Positions 1 to 8,425 of a stretch of DNA of 64,000 bases are shown here, one piece after another. Below the pieces are notes generated by a model, which worked only from the letters and a program-made list of their open reading frames with translations, did not search any database and had not been told where the DNA came from. Origin of the DNA: a bacterium. Lineage in GTDB: Bacteria; Patescibacteriota; Minisyncoccia; Phycocordibacterales; VMGT01. The stretch covers positions 10,457 through 74,456 of the forward strand of contig JAUYPI010000018.1 in the NCBI GenBank assembly GCA_030697645.1, written 5' to 3'. Numbering within the stretch: the first letter of the stretch is position 1; each line of letters starts with the position of its first letter. The position numbers were made by a program, and so were the translations under genes.

Positions 1-70
1 CCCACCGCGAACGGCGTGAGAAAGATGGCGAGGAGCAGCTTCCCTATTTCTTTGAGCGCGCTGAGCAACG

Positions 71-379
71 TCATATTTGTACCGTATCACATGCACGTAA
101 AAATGCGCGCGCGAGTACGCCGTGGACAGCGTTACGCGGAACGGTATACGTCGCCTCGCTCCACGACAGCGTACTTGCGAGCACGAGCGTGTCGACATTC
201 TGCTCGGCGACGCGTTTGACGACATACAGTATGCACGATTCACCTATTGCCGCGCCCGAAACGACGACAAAATCACCCACACGCGCTCGCCGGAGCGACG
301 TGGCCCAGTAAGTTTTCCCGGGGACGAGGCAGGGCCAGCAGGAGAGACCGGAAACGCGGACTCGAAAAATTGGCAGCAT
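71..379 (-). CDS. hypothetical protein (about 100 aa). The ORF-track N-terminus, 380-493, is translated palindromic repeat, so the start is taken at the first Met after the repeat
   Basis: Open minus-strand frame with GC-rich third codon positions like neighbouring genes. No recognisable motif; the VPGKT stretch is not a convincing P-loop. Confidence 0.3.
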   Translation of the reverse strand: MLPIFRVRVSGLSCWPCLVPGKTYWATSLRRARVGDFVVVSGAAIGESCILYVVKRVAEQNVDTLVLASTLSWSEATYTVPRNAVHGVLARAFLRACDTVQI

Positions 380-400
380 GCAGTATATATCCGTTACTCG

Positions 401-577
401 AATTTCCAAATTCCAAAAAACAAGCTCCAAACCAAATAAATTCCAAGCTCCAACCAACAAGCTCCAAACAAATTTCAAATTCCCATGCATCAAATCTCAA
501 ACACGCACGTCGTGTTTGGAAATTGGATTTTGAATATTGAGACTTGTTTGGAAATTGTTGGTTGGAAATTGGAGCTT
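401..577. repeat. Palindromic heptad-repeat element, B-type (TTTCCAA / TTGGAAA units around a CAAACACGCACGTCGTGTTTGG core)
   Basis: Left arm repeats AATTCCAAGCTCCAA-like units and the right arm is its reverse complement. The same architecture recurs at 9293, 31509 and 57371. Confidence 0.8.
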
Positions 578-646
578 ATGCGGGCTTCGACCATGGCGCT
601 GCATGTTGTTTACTGCTTGCCGCATACTGCTTGCTGCCAGGCCGTG

Positions 647-1129
647 TCAGTAAAGTGTATCAGTGATCGTTTTATACGCCTCATATTTCTCCGGCGCGCC
701 TTTAGTCTCGTAGAATATGCGCGCGATTTCGTCGACACCAGCGAGGAGCGCGACGGCATCTTCGGTGTGCGGATCTTGCTTGAGCTTCGAGGCGAGTTTT
801 ATGGTTTTCCAGAAAAGCTCATGGAGGTTCGGATATTTCTCAAGGTGCTCGGGTTTGAAGAAGTCTGACCAAAGGATTTCAAGTTCGCGCTTCACGAGCT
901 CGGCATGTTGCTCCTTGATCATAATGCGCCGCATGAGAGCGTTGTGATATGCGTTGATTGCGAGCATGTCGTTTTCATCTCCGGGCAGCGGCAGCGTATC
1001 GAGCTGCTCGACCATGCGCGCAACCGTTTTTGCGGCAATTTTCGCCGGTGTGGGATCGTAGATTCCGCACGGGATGTCACAGTGCGCCTCGGCGCGGATC
1101 GTGTGGATGAGTTTCATAGACGTTCTCAC
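647..1129 (-). CDS. sodN: nickel-containing superoxide dismutase (NiSOD) precursor
   Basis: After a short leader the sequence reads HCDIPCGIYDP, the Ni-hook motif, and ILWSDFFKPEHLEKYPNLH matches the NiSOD four-helix core. A propeptide precedes His1. Confidence 0.85.
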   Translation of the reverse strand: MRTSMKLIHTIRAEAHCDIPCGIYDPTPAKIAAKTVARMVEQLDTLPLPGDENDMLAINAYHNALMRRIMIKEQHAELVKRELEILWSDFFKPEHLEKYPNLHELFWKTIKLASKLKQDPHTEDAVALLAGVDEIARIFYETKGAPEKYEAYKTITDTLY

Positions 1130-1197
1130 TAAAGTTACGCGAATAATGGTAAACGTAGTATAGCAAAGCCGAGCATGGCACGGAAGCCCGCGAGGAA

Positions 1198-2118
1198 GTG
1201 GACGTCGCTCTGCTGCGCGCGCAGCCGCGGCGAGATGCTATACTGCCTCTAATGACGCCAGATTTTTTTGCCCACCACCAATATCGTGATTACGTGATTT
1301 ATACCGCGCTTGCAAGACGCGAGCGTAATCCGGAGTTCCGTCGGATTCTCGAGCTCCTGATTGGCCAGGAGTACACCGACTACGAGTTCTGGAAACAGTT
1401 TGCAACGCAAAAAGAGTTCCGCGTGCGGCGGCTTGATGTTGTGTTTTACCTGCTGCTGCGGCGGCTCTTCGGCCTCACGTTTACCGCGAAGTTTCTTGAG
1501 GGACGTGAGCGGCTTATGATCGAGCGCTACGAGCGCTACATCGCGGGAGTCAAAGATGCTGCGCTCCGAGTGCGGATGGAGGAGGTGCTCGCGCATGAGC
1601 GCGAGCACGAGCGGTACTTCATCAACCAGGTGAGGGAGGGAAAAGTGGAGTTCATGTCGAGTATCGTCTTGGGGCTTAATGACGGCCTGATCGAGCTCAC
1701 CGGTGCGCTCACCGGTTTCTCTTTTGCGCTTGGCACGACGCGCCTCGTTGCCGCGGCCGGGCTCATCACCGGCGTCGCGGCGTCGCTCTCTATGGCCGCA
1801 AGCGCATTCCTCCAGGCCGAGTTTGAGGCAGGGAAGCGGCCGCAGAGCGCCGCGCTCTACACCGGCGTCTCGTACCTCGCGGTCGTCGGCATCCTCGTCG
1901 CACCGTTTTTCTTTTTCGGCAGCGTTTTTTCGGCGCTCGCCCTGATGCTTACGAGCGCCGTCGCGATCATCGCCGCGGTGTCGTTTTACACCGCCGTGAT
2001 CTTCGGCCGCTCCTTCGCGCGCCAGCTCGGCACGATGCTTTTCTTCAGCCTCGGCGTTGCGGCAGTTGCATTCTCGATCGGGTTTCTTTTTCGTACACTC
2101 ACAGGCGTTACGGTATAA
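1198..2118 (+). CDS. VIT1/CCC1-family iron/manganese transporter with an N-terminal ferritin-like (rubrerythrin-type) domain. The start may be the internal Met near 1252
   Basis: N-terminal ferritin-like helices with ExxH-type motifs (EVLAHEREHE) are followed by a glycine-rich multi-TM domain typical of VIT1. The gene is divergent from sodN. Confidence 0.7.
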   Translation: MDVALLRAQPRRDAILPLMTPDFFAHHQYRDYVIYTALARRERNPEFRRILELLIGQEYTDYEFWKQFATQKEFRVRRLDVVFYLLLRRLFGLTFTAKFLEGRERLMIERYERYIAGVKDAALRVRMEEVLAHEREHERYFINQVREGKVEFMSSIVLGLNDGLIELTGALTGFSFALGTTRLVAAAGLITGVAASLSMAASAFLQAEFEAGKRPQSAALYTGVSYLAVVGILVAPFFFFGSVFSALALMLTSAVAIIAAVSFYTAVIFGRSFARQLGTMLFFSLGVAAVAFSIGFLFRTLTGVTV

Positions 2119-2184
2119 GGGTGGCAGTTTGCGAGCGTACCTTTCCCCTGCTCTAGTTTTCGTCGTGTTGGCTGCGGAATGTTG

Positions 2185-3135
2185 TTAGTTTTTGGCCGAG
2201 TCTTGAAACCAGCGAACTGTTCTTGCGAGGCCCTCTTTGAGCGGCGTGCGTGCTCTGAAGCCGAGGAGGCGTCGGGCTTTGTGTGTGTCCGCACGGGTGG
2301 CGCGGACATCGCCGATGCGCGGCGGTCGACGCTCGAGCTCGAGCGGCTTGCCAGTCGACCTCTCAATAAGCGAGTGCAGATCAGAGAGCGAGACGCTGGT
2401 GCCGCCTGCGACGTTGATTGCCATGCCGGAAAAAGGTTTTGCGGCGCGCATCGCGAGGATGTTTGCCTCGGCTACGTCGTCAACGTAGCAGAAGTCGCGT
2501 GACTGCCCCCCGTCGCCTTCAAGGTAGGGTGTTTTCGCGCCGTTTGTAAAGAGTGTTTCGAGCCATGCGGCAATGACGGTCGAGTACGGCGAGTCGCCGT
2601 GCTGCCCGGGGCCGTAGACGTTGAAATAGCGCAGGCAGACCGTGTCGAGTCCGTAGAGCTTGCTCCATTGTTGGCAGAGGAGCTCGCAGAGGTATTTTTG
2701 GAGCGCGTAGGGCGAGCGGGGGTTTGCGGGCGTGCTTTCCCTCGTCGGAAGTTGTGTCGTGTTGCCGTACACGGACGATGAGGAAGAGAATATGAAGCGT
2801 TTGACGTGGTGTTTTGCGGCTGCTTCAAGAAGCGCGATTGTGCCCAAGACATTGGTTTCCGCCGTTTCGTGCGGGTGCTCCACCGAATACGCGACGCGCG
2901 GGAGTGCCGCGAAGTGGAAGATATAGGAAGGGGAGTGGTTTCGAAACACACGCGCGAGAAGCTCGCGGTCGCAAATTGAACCGCGATAGAGCGTGGCGTC
3001 CTGAGGCACCACTTCAGCGCGGCCGTTTGAGAGATCGTCAATGCCGATAACTGGCACGCGTGGTCGTGCCCTCATGAAGCGCTTCGCGAAATTACTGCCG
3101 ATAAAGCCGGCGATGCCGGTGATGAGGATAGACAT
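2185..3135 (-). CDS. NAD-dependent epimerase/dehydratase (UDP-sugar 4-epimerase family)
   Basis: N-terminal GIAGFIGSNF Rossmann motif, a YxxxK catalytic motif (YALQK), and an SDR-extended fold along the whole length. Confidence 0.85.
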   Translation of the reverse strand: MSILITGIAGFIGSNFAKRFMRARPRVPVIGIDDLSNGRAEVVPQDATLYRGSICDRELLARVFRNHSPSYIFHFAALPRVAYSVEHPHETAETNVLGTIALLEAAAKHHVKRFIFSSSSSVYGNTTQLPTRESTPANPRSPYALQKYLCELLCQQWSKLYGLDTVCLRYFNVYGPGQHGDSPYSTVIAAWLETLFTNGAKTPYLEGDGGQSRDFCYVDDVAEANILAMRAAKPFSGMAINVAGGTSVSLSDLHSLIERSTGKPLELERRPPRIGDVRATRADTHKARRLLGFRARTPLKEGLARTVRWFQDSAKN

Positions 3136-3139
3136 GGTT

Positions 3140-3384
3140 TACACAATGTTTACACAATTTCCAATTTCTAACTTCTGATTTTTGAGTACGGACTTACCTC
3201 AATTCGAAATCAGAAATTAAAAATCCGAAGTTGCGTTAGCAAAATTCGAATTTGCGTCAGCGGTTTGCACAATTTTCAATTTTCAAGGGCCCAATTTTCA
3301 AACACGACCGTCGTCGTTATTGAGTCATTGACACATTAAAAATTGATTGAAAATTGCAAAATTGAAAATTGGAAATTAAGTGAT
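3140..3384. repeat. Composite palindromic heptad-repeat region: a degenerate arm at 3140-3262 plus a canonical A-type palindrome at 3271-3377
   Basis: AATTTTCAATTTTCAA...CAAACACGACCGTCGTCG...ATTGAGTCATTGACACATT...GAAAATTGCAAAATTGAAAATT. It sits between two minus-strand sugar-nucleotide genes. Confidence 0.8.
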
Positions 3385-4158
3385 TTAGGCATTGACGACA
3401 TCACTGCGTCCGGAGAAAAGCGAAGCGCGCACATTTGAGACTGTCCGGAGCTGCTCTGGCGTGTTGACGCCGAGGACTTCTTCGGGGAGCGCGGCGGGCA
3501 GGGCGAGAATAGAGCGGCCGCGCCCGGTGAGCACGCGCACGGCGTCAGTGAGATAATACTCGCCGTTTGCGCTGTTCGGCCGGAGGTTTTTGAGCGCAGA
3601 AAAGAGCGCTCGCGCACGATAGCAGTAGGCGCCCGCGTTGATCTCGCGGATCTCTCGCTCCTCCTCAGTCGCGCTTTTCTCTTCTTCAATCCGCACAACG
3701 CGGCCCGAGGCGTTCCGGACGATGCGGCCGTAGCCGGTTGGATTATCGAGGAGGGCGGTAAGAAGTGCTCCTGTCGCGCGTGCCTTTCGGTGCGCGACAA
3801 AAAGGCGCGCGAGGGTCTCGGAGCGGATAAGCGGCGTATCGCCGTAGCGGATGAGGACGTCACCGTCAAATCCTTTGAGGAGGCTCTCGGTAATGGAGAC
3901 CGCATGCCCAGTGCCGCGCTGTTCCTCCTGTCTTATAAACTCAATAGGAAGCTCCGAGTACGCACGCACGGCCCCGGCGACTGCCTCGGCCCGATAGCCG
4001 ACGACGAGAATGACGCGCTGGGGTGCGAGCGGCACAATGGCTTCGAGCACATGCGCGATCAATGGCTTGCCATCGAGTTCGTGGCAGACTTTCGGGATGT
4101 CGCCACCCATACGGGTACCTTTACCCGCCGCAAGGATTATTACTGCAAGGGAGCGCAT
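3385..4158 (-). CDS. sugar-phosphate nucleotidyltransferase (GlmU N-terminal uridyltransferase-domain-like), with no acetyltransferase LbH domain
   Basis: LAAGKGTRM nucleotide-binding motif near the N-terminus. The length fits a single NTP-transferase domain. The start is taken at the Met preceding the motif. Confidence 0.7.
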   Translation of the reverse strand: MRSLAVIILAAGKGTRMGGDIPKVCHELDGKPLIAHVLEAIVPLAPQRVILVVGYRAEAVAGAVRAYSELPIEFIRQEEQRGTGHAVSITESLLKGFDGDVLIRYGDTPLIRSETLARLFVAHRKARATGALLTALLDNPTGYGRIVRNASGRVVRIEEEKSATEEEREIREINAGAYCYRARALFSALKNLRPNSANGEYYLTDAVRVLTGRGRSILALPAALPEEVLGVNTPEQLRTVSNVRASLFSGRSDVVNA

Positions 4159-4250
4159 AGAAAATATGCACTTTCTGTAACTTCGCACGCCTGTGCGACG
4201 CTACATGCCTGGGCGCTACTCTCGCGAGCCCGCGTGAGATACAATGCTTA

Positions 4251-4430
4251 GGCCCCGTCCATAAATACCTTCCCCATCTCGCACTCACTGCACGCCCTTA
4301 TCGAGCATCGTGCTCAATCGCGAAATCCTCATCGTATCTCGATACGTCTCGGATTCGCTCATTCCGCGCCAAGCTGCATCAGGCCATGCACTGAGCACGA
4401 TATTAGGGGAACTTATTTATGGACGGGGCC
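4251..4430. mobile_element. MITE-like structured element, copy 1, with 17-bp terminal inverted repeats (GGCCCCGTCCATAAATA ... TATTTATGGACGGGGCC)
   Basis: Perfect terminal inverted repeats read directly from the sequence. The internal 145 bp is about 90% identical, in reverse orientation, to the copy at 60669-60845, and contains further internal inverted repeats. Confidence 0.75.
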
Positions 4431-4436
4431 TTACTG

Positions 4437-5300
4437 ATGTTCGTCGGCTTTAAGAAAAATATTCGCTCCTACGCACTCGTGGCGCTTTTTGCCGTGACCG
4501 TCTTTGTCTGGTACGCCGCGCTCCGCGAGGAGCGCGGCGGCGTGCTCTCCGTGGCATTCCTCGACGTAGGGCAGGGCGACGCGGCCCTGATTGAGAGCCC
4601 GACTGGCCGCCAGGTGCTCATTGACGGCGGGCCGGGGAGGAGCGTGCTCCGCGCCTTGGGGCGCACTATGCCTTTCTTCGACCGCTCGATTGACGTCGTA
4701 ATTGCAACGCACCCAGACCAGGACCACATCGGCGGGCTGCCGGAGGTGCTTGCGCGCTATCGCGTTTCGCATATCCTCGAGCCGGGCGTCGCTGCGGACA
4801 CGGCCGTGTACGGTGCGTTTGCAGAGAGCGTCCGAATCGAGGGTGCGGAACACATACTCGCACGGCGCGGGCAGAAAATCGAGCTTGGCGGCGGGGCGTA
4901 CCTCGACATTCTCTTCCCGGACCGCGACGCAGGCGGCCTCGAGACGAATACCGCCTCTGTCGTTCTAAAGCTCACCTATGGCGCGACCTCATTCCTCCTC
5001 ACCGGCGACTCGCCGAAGCAAATCGAGGAATACCTCGCGGCGCTCGACGGCGAAGCGCTCGACGTTGACGTCCTAAAGGCCGGGCACCATGGCTCGAAGA
5101 CGTCGACGTCAGACTACCTCCTCGGCCTTGCCTCGCCTGCCTATGCCGTGATCTCGGCCGGGCATGACAACCGCTACGGCCATCCGCACCGGGAGGTGCT
5201 CGACGCACTGGCACGTTTCGGAGTCAAGCCCCTCGGCACGTATGAGCGAGGCACCATCATTTTTGAGAGCGACGGCAGGGAGGTGCGGCTGAAGAAATAG
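4437..5300 (+). CDS. ComEC/Rec2-family metallo-beta-lactamase domain protein (competence-related), with a single N-terminal TM
   Basis: VAFLDVGQGDAALIE, HPDQDHIGG and KAGHHGSKTSTS motifs match the ComEC C-terminal MBL domain. The ORF-track start at 4419 lies inside the terminal repeat of the upstream element, so the next ATG is used. Confidence 0.8.
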   Translation: MFVGFKKNIRSYALVALFAVTVFVWYAALREERGGVLSVAFLDVGQGDAALIESPTGRQVLIDGGPGRSVLRALGRTMPFFDRSIDVVIATHPDQDHIGGLPEVLARYRVSHILEPGVAADTAVYGAFAESVRIEGAEHILARRGQKIELGGGAYLDILFPDRDAGGLETNTASVVLKLTYGATSFLLTGDSPKQIEEYLAALDGEALDVDVLKAGHHGSKTSTSDYLLGLASPAYAVISAGHDNRYGHPHREVLDALARFGVKPLGTYERGTIIFESDGREVRLKK

Positions 5301-5381
5301 GGGCGAGAGAACGATTGACATATATTAAAGTGCGTGCTACACCTGACATAGGGGTTTTTCGATAGCCACGCCACCTTACAT

Positions 5382-5813
5382 GTGGAGGAATCATCGATGA
5401 CGTTTTATGTTGTCAGACAGTATGGTGGTTCAGAACGTCGCCTCCAGGGAGTTTTGGTCGTTAGAAAATCAGAGTATTTTGTTATGGAGGCTTTGATCTC
5501 TGAGTGTCATGATACGCGCTTAAAACGCGTAAAAGAAGGACCTATCGCTGATCGAGCGCATGCTATCGAATTTGATTTAGGGCCTGAACGCGACTTTATT
5601 CCTCCTGCACTTCAGGAAGTATTACGACGTGCTGTCGACGACGGGTGTATGTTGAAATGGATGGTGGTCGACGAAAATCCTAGATTATTTTTCAGTCGTT
5701 GGGATGGGCGTTACAGTACCGAACGCGCCTTTACCGAATGGGAGGAGGTAGGAAAACAAGATGGAGGGCTAGAGGTCGTTCGAGATTATGCAGAAGAGGT
5801 TTCTCGATCGTAA
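5382..5813 (+). CDS. hypothetical protein, encoded in a lower-GC (~48%) segment
   Basis: Clean ORF followed by a strong terminator. Composition differs from the flanking DNA. No recognisable motif. Confidence 0.5.
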   Translation: MEESSMTFYVVRQYGGSERRLQGVLVVRKSEYFVMEALISECHDTRLKRVKEGPIADRAHAIEFDLGPERDFIPPALQEVLRRAVDDGCMLKWMVVDENPRLFFSRWDGRYSTERAFTEWEEVGKQDGGLEVVRDYAEEVSRS

Positions 5814-5834
5814 ACCGTAGAAAGCCTGCCGTAT

Positions 5835-5877
5835 CCCTGTGCTCGTGTTTGTCTCACGAGCACAGGGCTTATTTTTT
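5835..5877 (+). terminator. rho-independent terminator
   Basis: CCCTGTGCTCGTG-TTTGTC-TCACGAGCACAGGG hairpin followed by a CTTATTTTTT tract. Confidence 0.8.
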
Positions 5878-5948
5878 CATGCTTCAATTTGCTAATCAGC
5901 GAGGATTTTGGTTTGATAAAGCACAATGCATACCTCTCTGGTGTGCGC

Positions 5949-6023
5949 GCGAGCGTAGTTCAGTGGTAGAACGCTGACCTGATAAGTCAGAGGTCGAAGG
6001 TTCGATTCCTTCCGCTCGCACCA
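5949..6023 (+). tRNA. tRNA-Ile (anticodon GAT), CCA encoded
   Basis: Cloverleaf: acceptor GCGAGCG/CGCTCGC, D-arm GTAGTTCAGTGGTAGAAC, anticodon stem-loop CTGAC-CTGATAA-GTCAG, T-arm GAAGGTTCGATTCCTTC, 3' ACCA. Confidence 0.85.
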
Positions 6024-6046
6024 GATAGGAAAAGTCAAAGCATTTC

Positions 6047-6929
6047 GGAAAGGCGGCGGAGCCGCACCGCTCAAAACCGCAAAAGAACCTGGAGAAAAAC
6101 ATCGGCTCGCCTGCCCGCCTCTGGAGGGAACCATATTTTAATTTTGGGGGAAGAAAATTTTTTAATCCTATGAATAAGAAGGTTACTTTTTTTATAGGTT
6201 TATTAGGATATATATTCGCGGGAATAATAGCGCGATTAGTTTTTAGTAAATCTTCTTTTTATCCAGGGTTAGGATTACAGACTGCCGACTACTCAATTGC
6301 CAATTTAGCTTTTCTATCAATTATTCCCGCGATAATTTTTGTATTGTTTTTTTTCATTTTTCATTATCTATTTAAAGATAGAGAAAATATTATTTTAAAG
6401 TCAAGCGGTTTTATTTTAGTATTTTCTTCTATCTCAATTTATATATGGCGTACACTTTTAGTTTTTGGAATAGGTAGTAATGATCTTCCTATCGATCCAA
6501 TAATAGGATTATTGGGATTTGTTGGAACGCTTACGACATTTATTTATCTCTCCTATCATTCTCTCCGTCTTTATAAAAGTAGCAGCCGTTTATGGGTAGC
6601 CGAACTGATTGCATCAATAGTTGTTTTAGTATCAGGGACTATTTTTAGTGCTTCTGAGTTGTCATATGTAGGTCTAGTCTTACTACCTGCGAGCCTCGTA
6701 TTTTTCCTATTTTCTTTTTTCACCCTACTTATTAAATCATGGAGAGAAACACATAAGTCATCATTTTTCTTCTCTATTCTTGGTCTACTCGTCATAATTT
6801 TCTCAACAGGGCTAGTTTTTGTCATTAAAGTACTTTCCGAATGTTGCCACTGATTATTAACAACTTTTAAGATGGGTCGCCGCCAAAGAAAAATTGGAAA
6901 TTGTTATCGGTGCGGCTCCGCCGCCTTTC
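6047..6929. mobile_element. AT-rich inserted segment bounded by perfect 23-bp inverted repeats (GGAAAGGCGGCGGAGCCGCACCG / CGGTGCGGCTCCGCCGCCTTTCC), 24 bp downstream of tRNA-Ile
   Basis: The inverted repeats were read directly at 6047-6069 and 6907-6929. The enclosed DNA is ~30% GC against ~60% flanking. Confidence 0.6.
6170..6853 (+). CDS. hypothetical multi-pass membrane protein (AT-rich, probably foreign)
   Basis: Six or more hydrophobic segments and Ile/Phe/Leu/Lys-rich composition. It lies inside the inverted-repeat-bounded segment. Confidence 0.55.
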   Translation: MNKKVTFFIGLLGYIFAGIIARLVFSKSSFYPGLGLQTADYSIANLAFLSIIPAIIFVLFFFIFHYLFKDRENIILKSSGFILVFSSISIYIWRTLLVFGIGSNDLPIDPIIGLLGFVGTLTTFIYLSYHSLRLYKSSSRLWVAELIASIVVLVSGTIFSASELSYVGLVLLPASLVFFLFSFFTLLIKSWRETHKSSFFFSILGLLVIIFSTGLVFVIKVLSECCH

Positions 6930-7016
6930 CGAATTTTCGCGGGGGGATTTCTTCGCCGCCGCAGGCGGCGAAATGCGTTCGGACTAATTTAAGTAAGAAT
7001 GCTGCATGACGTTGTT

Positions 7017-7598
7017 ATGCTTGCTACGATTTTAAAATCGAAAAAACGCTGTTCGTGGGTTGGAAATGATCTGCCGATGCAGCAATATCACGATGAGGAA
7101 TGGGGCGTGCCTACCTACGATGACCTGAGGGCATTTGAATTTCTTGTACTTGAAAGTGCCCAGGCAGGATTAAGTTGGCGCACAGTTCTCCACAAAAGAG
7201 AAAACTATCGAAAAGCATTTGCAAACTTTGATCCACAAAGAGTTTCTCGTTTTTCGAGTCGTGATGTTGCGCGATTGTTAAAAAACTCTGGCATTATTAG
7301 AAACAATGCAAAAATTAATGCAGCCATTAATAATGCACATCGGTTTGTTGAAGTACAGGAAGAGTTCGACTCCTTTACGGCATATTCATGGGGGTTTGTT
7401 CATAACGAACCAATAAGACACTCTATTCGAGGAATAGCTGATTATCCAACGATAAGCGCTGAATCAGTTGCGTTTGCTGCCGATCTGAAAAATCGCGGAT
7501 TCAAATTTCTCGGCCCGACGATCATGTATGCTCACATGCAAGCCGTCGGCATGGTGAATGATCACATGATAGGATGTTTTCGTCGCACACGCGTATAA
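7017..7598 (+). CDS. tag: DNA-3-methyladenine glycosylase I
   Basis: CSWVGNDLPMQQYHDEEWGVP, LVLESAQAGLSW and C-terminal AHM..CF motifs characteristic of Tag. Confidence 0.85.
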   Translation: MLATILKSKKRCSWVGNDLPMQQYHDEEWGVPTYDDLRAFEFLVLESAQAGLSWRTVLHKRENYRKAFANFDPQRVSRFSSRDVARLLKNSGIIRNNAKINAAINNAHRFVEVQEEFDSFTAYSWGFVHNEPIRHSIRGIADYPTISAESVAFAADLKNRGFKFLGPTIMYAHMQAVGMVNDHMIGCFRRTRV

Positions 7599-7795
7599 TT
7601 CGACTACCATCTTCTTTCGGCGACGGTAGCCGAGTACGATGTCGTTTTATGAAAGGCGAGTATGTACAAGAGAAAGCGCGACCGCGGTCGGCACGGAGGC
7701 CGCCGCGGCTCGAGTGGAAAGTCGCGCGACGCGGCTCACGGCCGGTGCGGAAAGCACGTGCAATAGAGACGAAGTAGCGGCGGCAGTCGTGCACA

Positions 7796-8149
7796 CTACA
7801 TGCCGAGCGCGCGACGAATGCGCGTGTCGACTTCGGCCATATCGGCACTGCTTAGTCTGCCTGGCGCATAGCGTACCAAGCGCGGATCGAGCGTTGCCAG
7901 TTTCGCGCGGACCCACGACGGTGCAAGGAGGTTTGCCTGTCGCCAGTCTTTGAGCGCGTAATCGAACCGCGTGGCATGCCGCATTGAGGTAATCATGGCA
8001 ACCGTGAGATCGTCAGTTGCGTGTGTGAACGCAGACACGCTCACCACCACAGCGGGCCGTGTTTTGGCGGTCGAGAGGTCGCTAAAGGGGAAGGGGATGA
8101 GGACGACATCACCTCTGCGGTACATCGTAGATTTTTTGCCAGTTGTCAT
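7796..8149 (-). CDS. PemK/MazF-family endoribonuclease toxin (type II toxin-antitoxin)
   Basis: RGDVVLIPFPFSDLSTAKTRPAVVVS is the MazF/PemK signature. It overlaps the upstream antitoxin ORF. Confidence 0.8.
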   Translation of the reverse strand: MTTGKKSTMYRRGDVVLIPFPFSDLSTAKTRPAVVVSVSAFTHATDDLTVAMITSMRHATRFDYALKDWRQANLLAPSWVRAKLATLDPRLVRYAPGRLSSADMAEVDTRIRRALGM

Positions 8150-8357
8150 AGAGGGCGTCCTGTGGATTGTCCCAGTCGGCAGCGAAACTCGTCGCGGCGA
8201 GCGAACTCCACGCGGTGTCGTTCGCTACCGGGACTGTGTGTAGGCGATCGTCTGACGTGCGATTGCGGCGGAGCAAGCGCACCACTCGATGAACGAGCCG
8301 TACTTGATCAGAGCGGAGATCGCGGACGTCTATTGTATTGTGCGTGGTCGTTTGCAT
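8109..8357 (-). CDS. MazE-like antitoxin
   Basis: Small ORF directly upstream of and overlapping the MazF-like gene. The C-terminal acidic/aromatic tail (DWDNPQDALYDNW) is typical of MazE/PemI toxin-binding regions. Confidence 0.6.
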   Translation of the reverse strand: MQTTTHNTIDVRDLRSDQVRLVHRVVRLLRRNRTSDDRLHTVPVANDTAWSSLAATSFAADWDNPQDALYDNWQKIYDVPQR

Positions 8358-8425
8358 AACATGCGCATATCATAGCAAACGATTGGGAAAGGGCAACACG
8401 CAGGCGCGTACGCCGACTCGGCAGT

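Noticed and set aside
1-332. Open plus-strand frame (no start within the window) at the 5' edge
   Set aside because: Codon third-position GC is unremarkable and there are no motifs. The minus-strand ORF 71-379 is marginally more gene-like, so only that was listed, at low confidence.
4419-4436. ATG at 4419 as the start of the ComEC-domain protein
   Set aside because: The codon lies inside the right terminal inverted repeat of the MITE-like element. The next in-frame ATG at 4437 precedes the TM segment.
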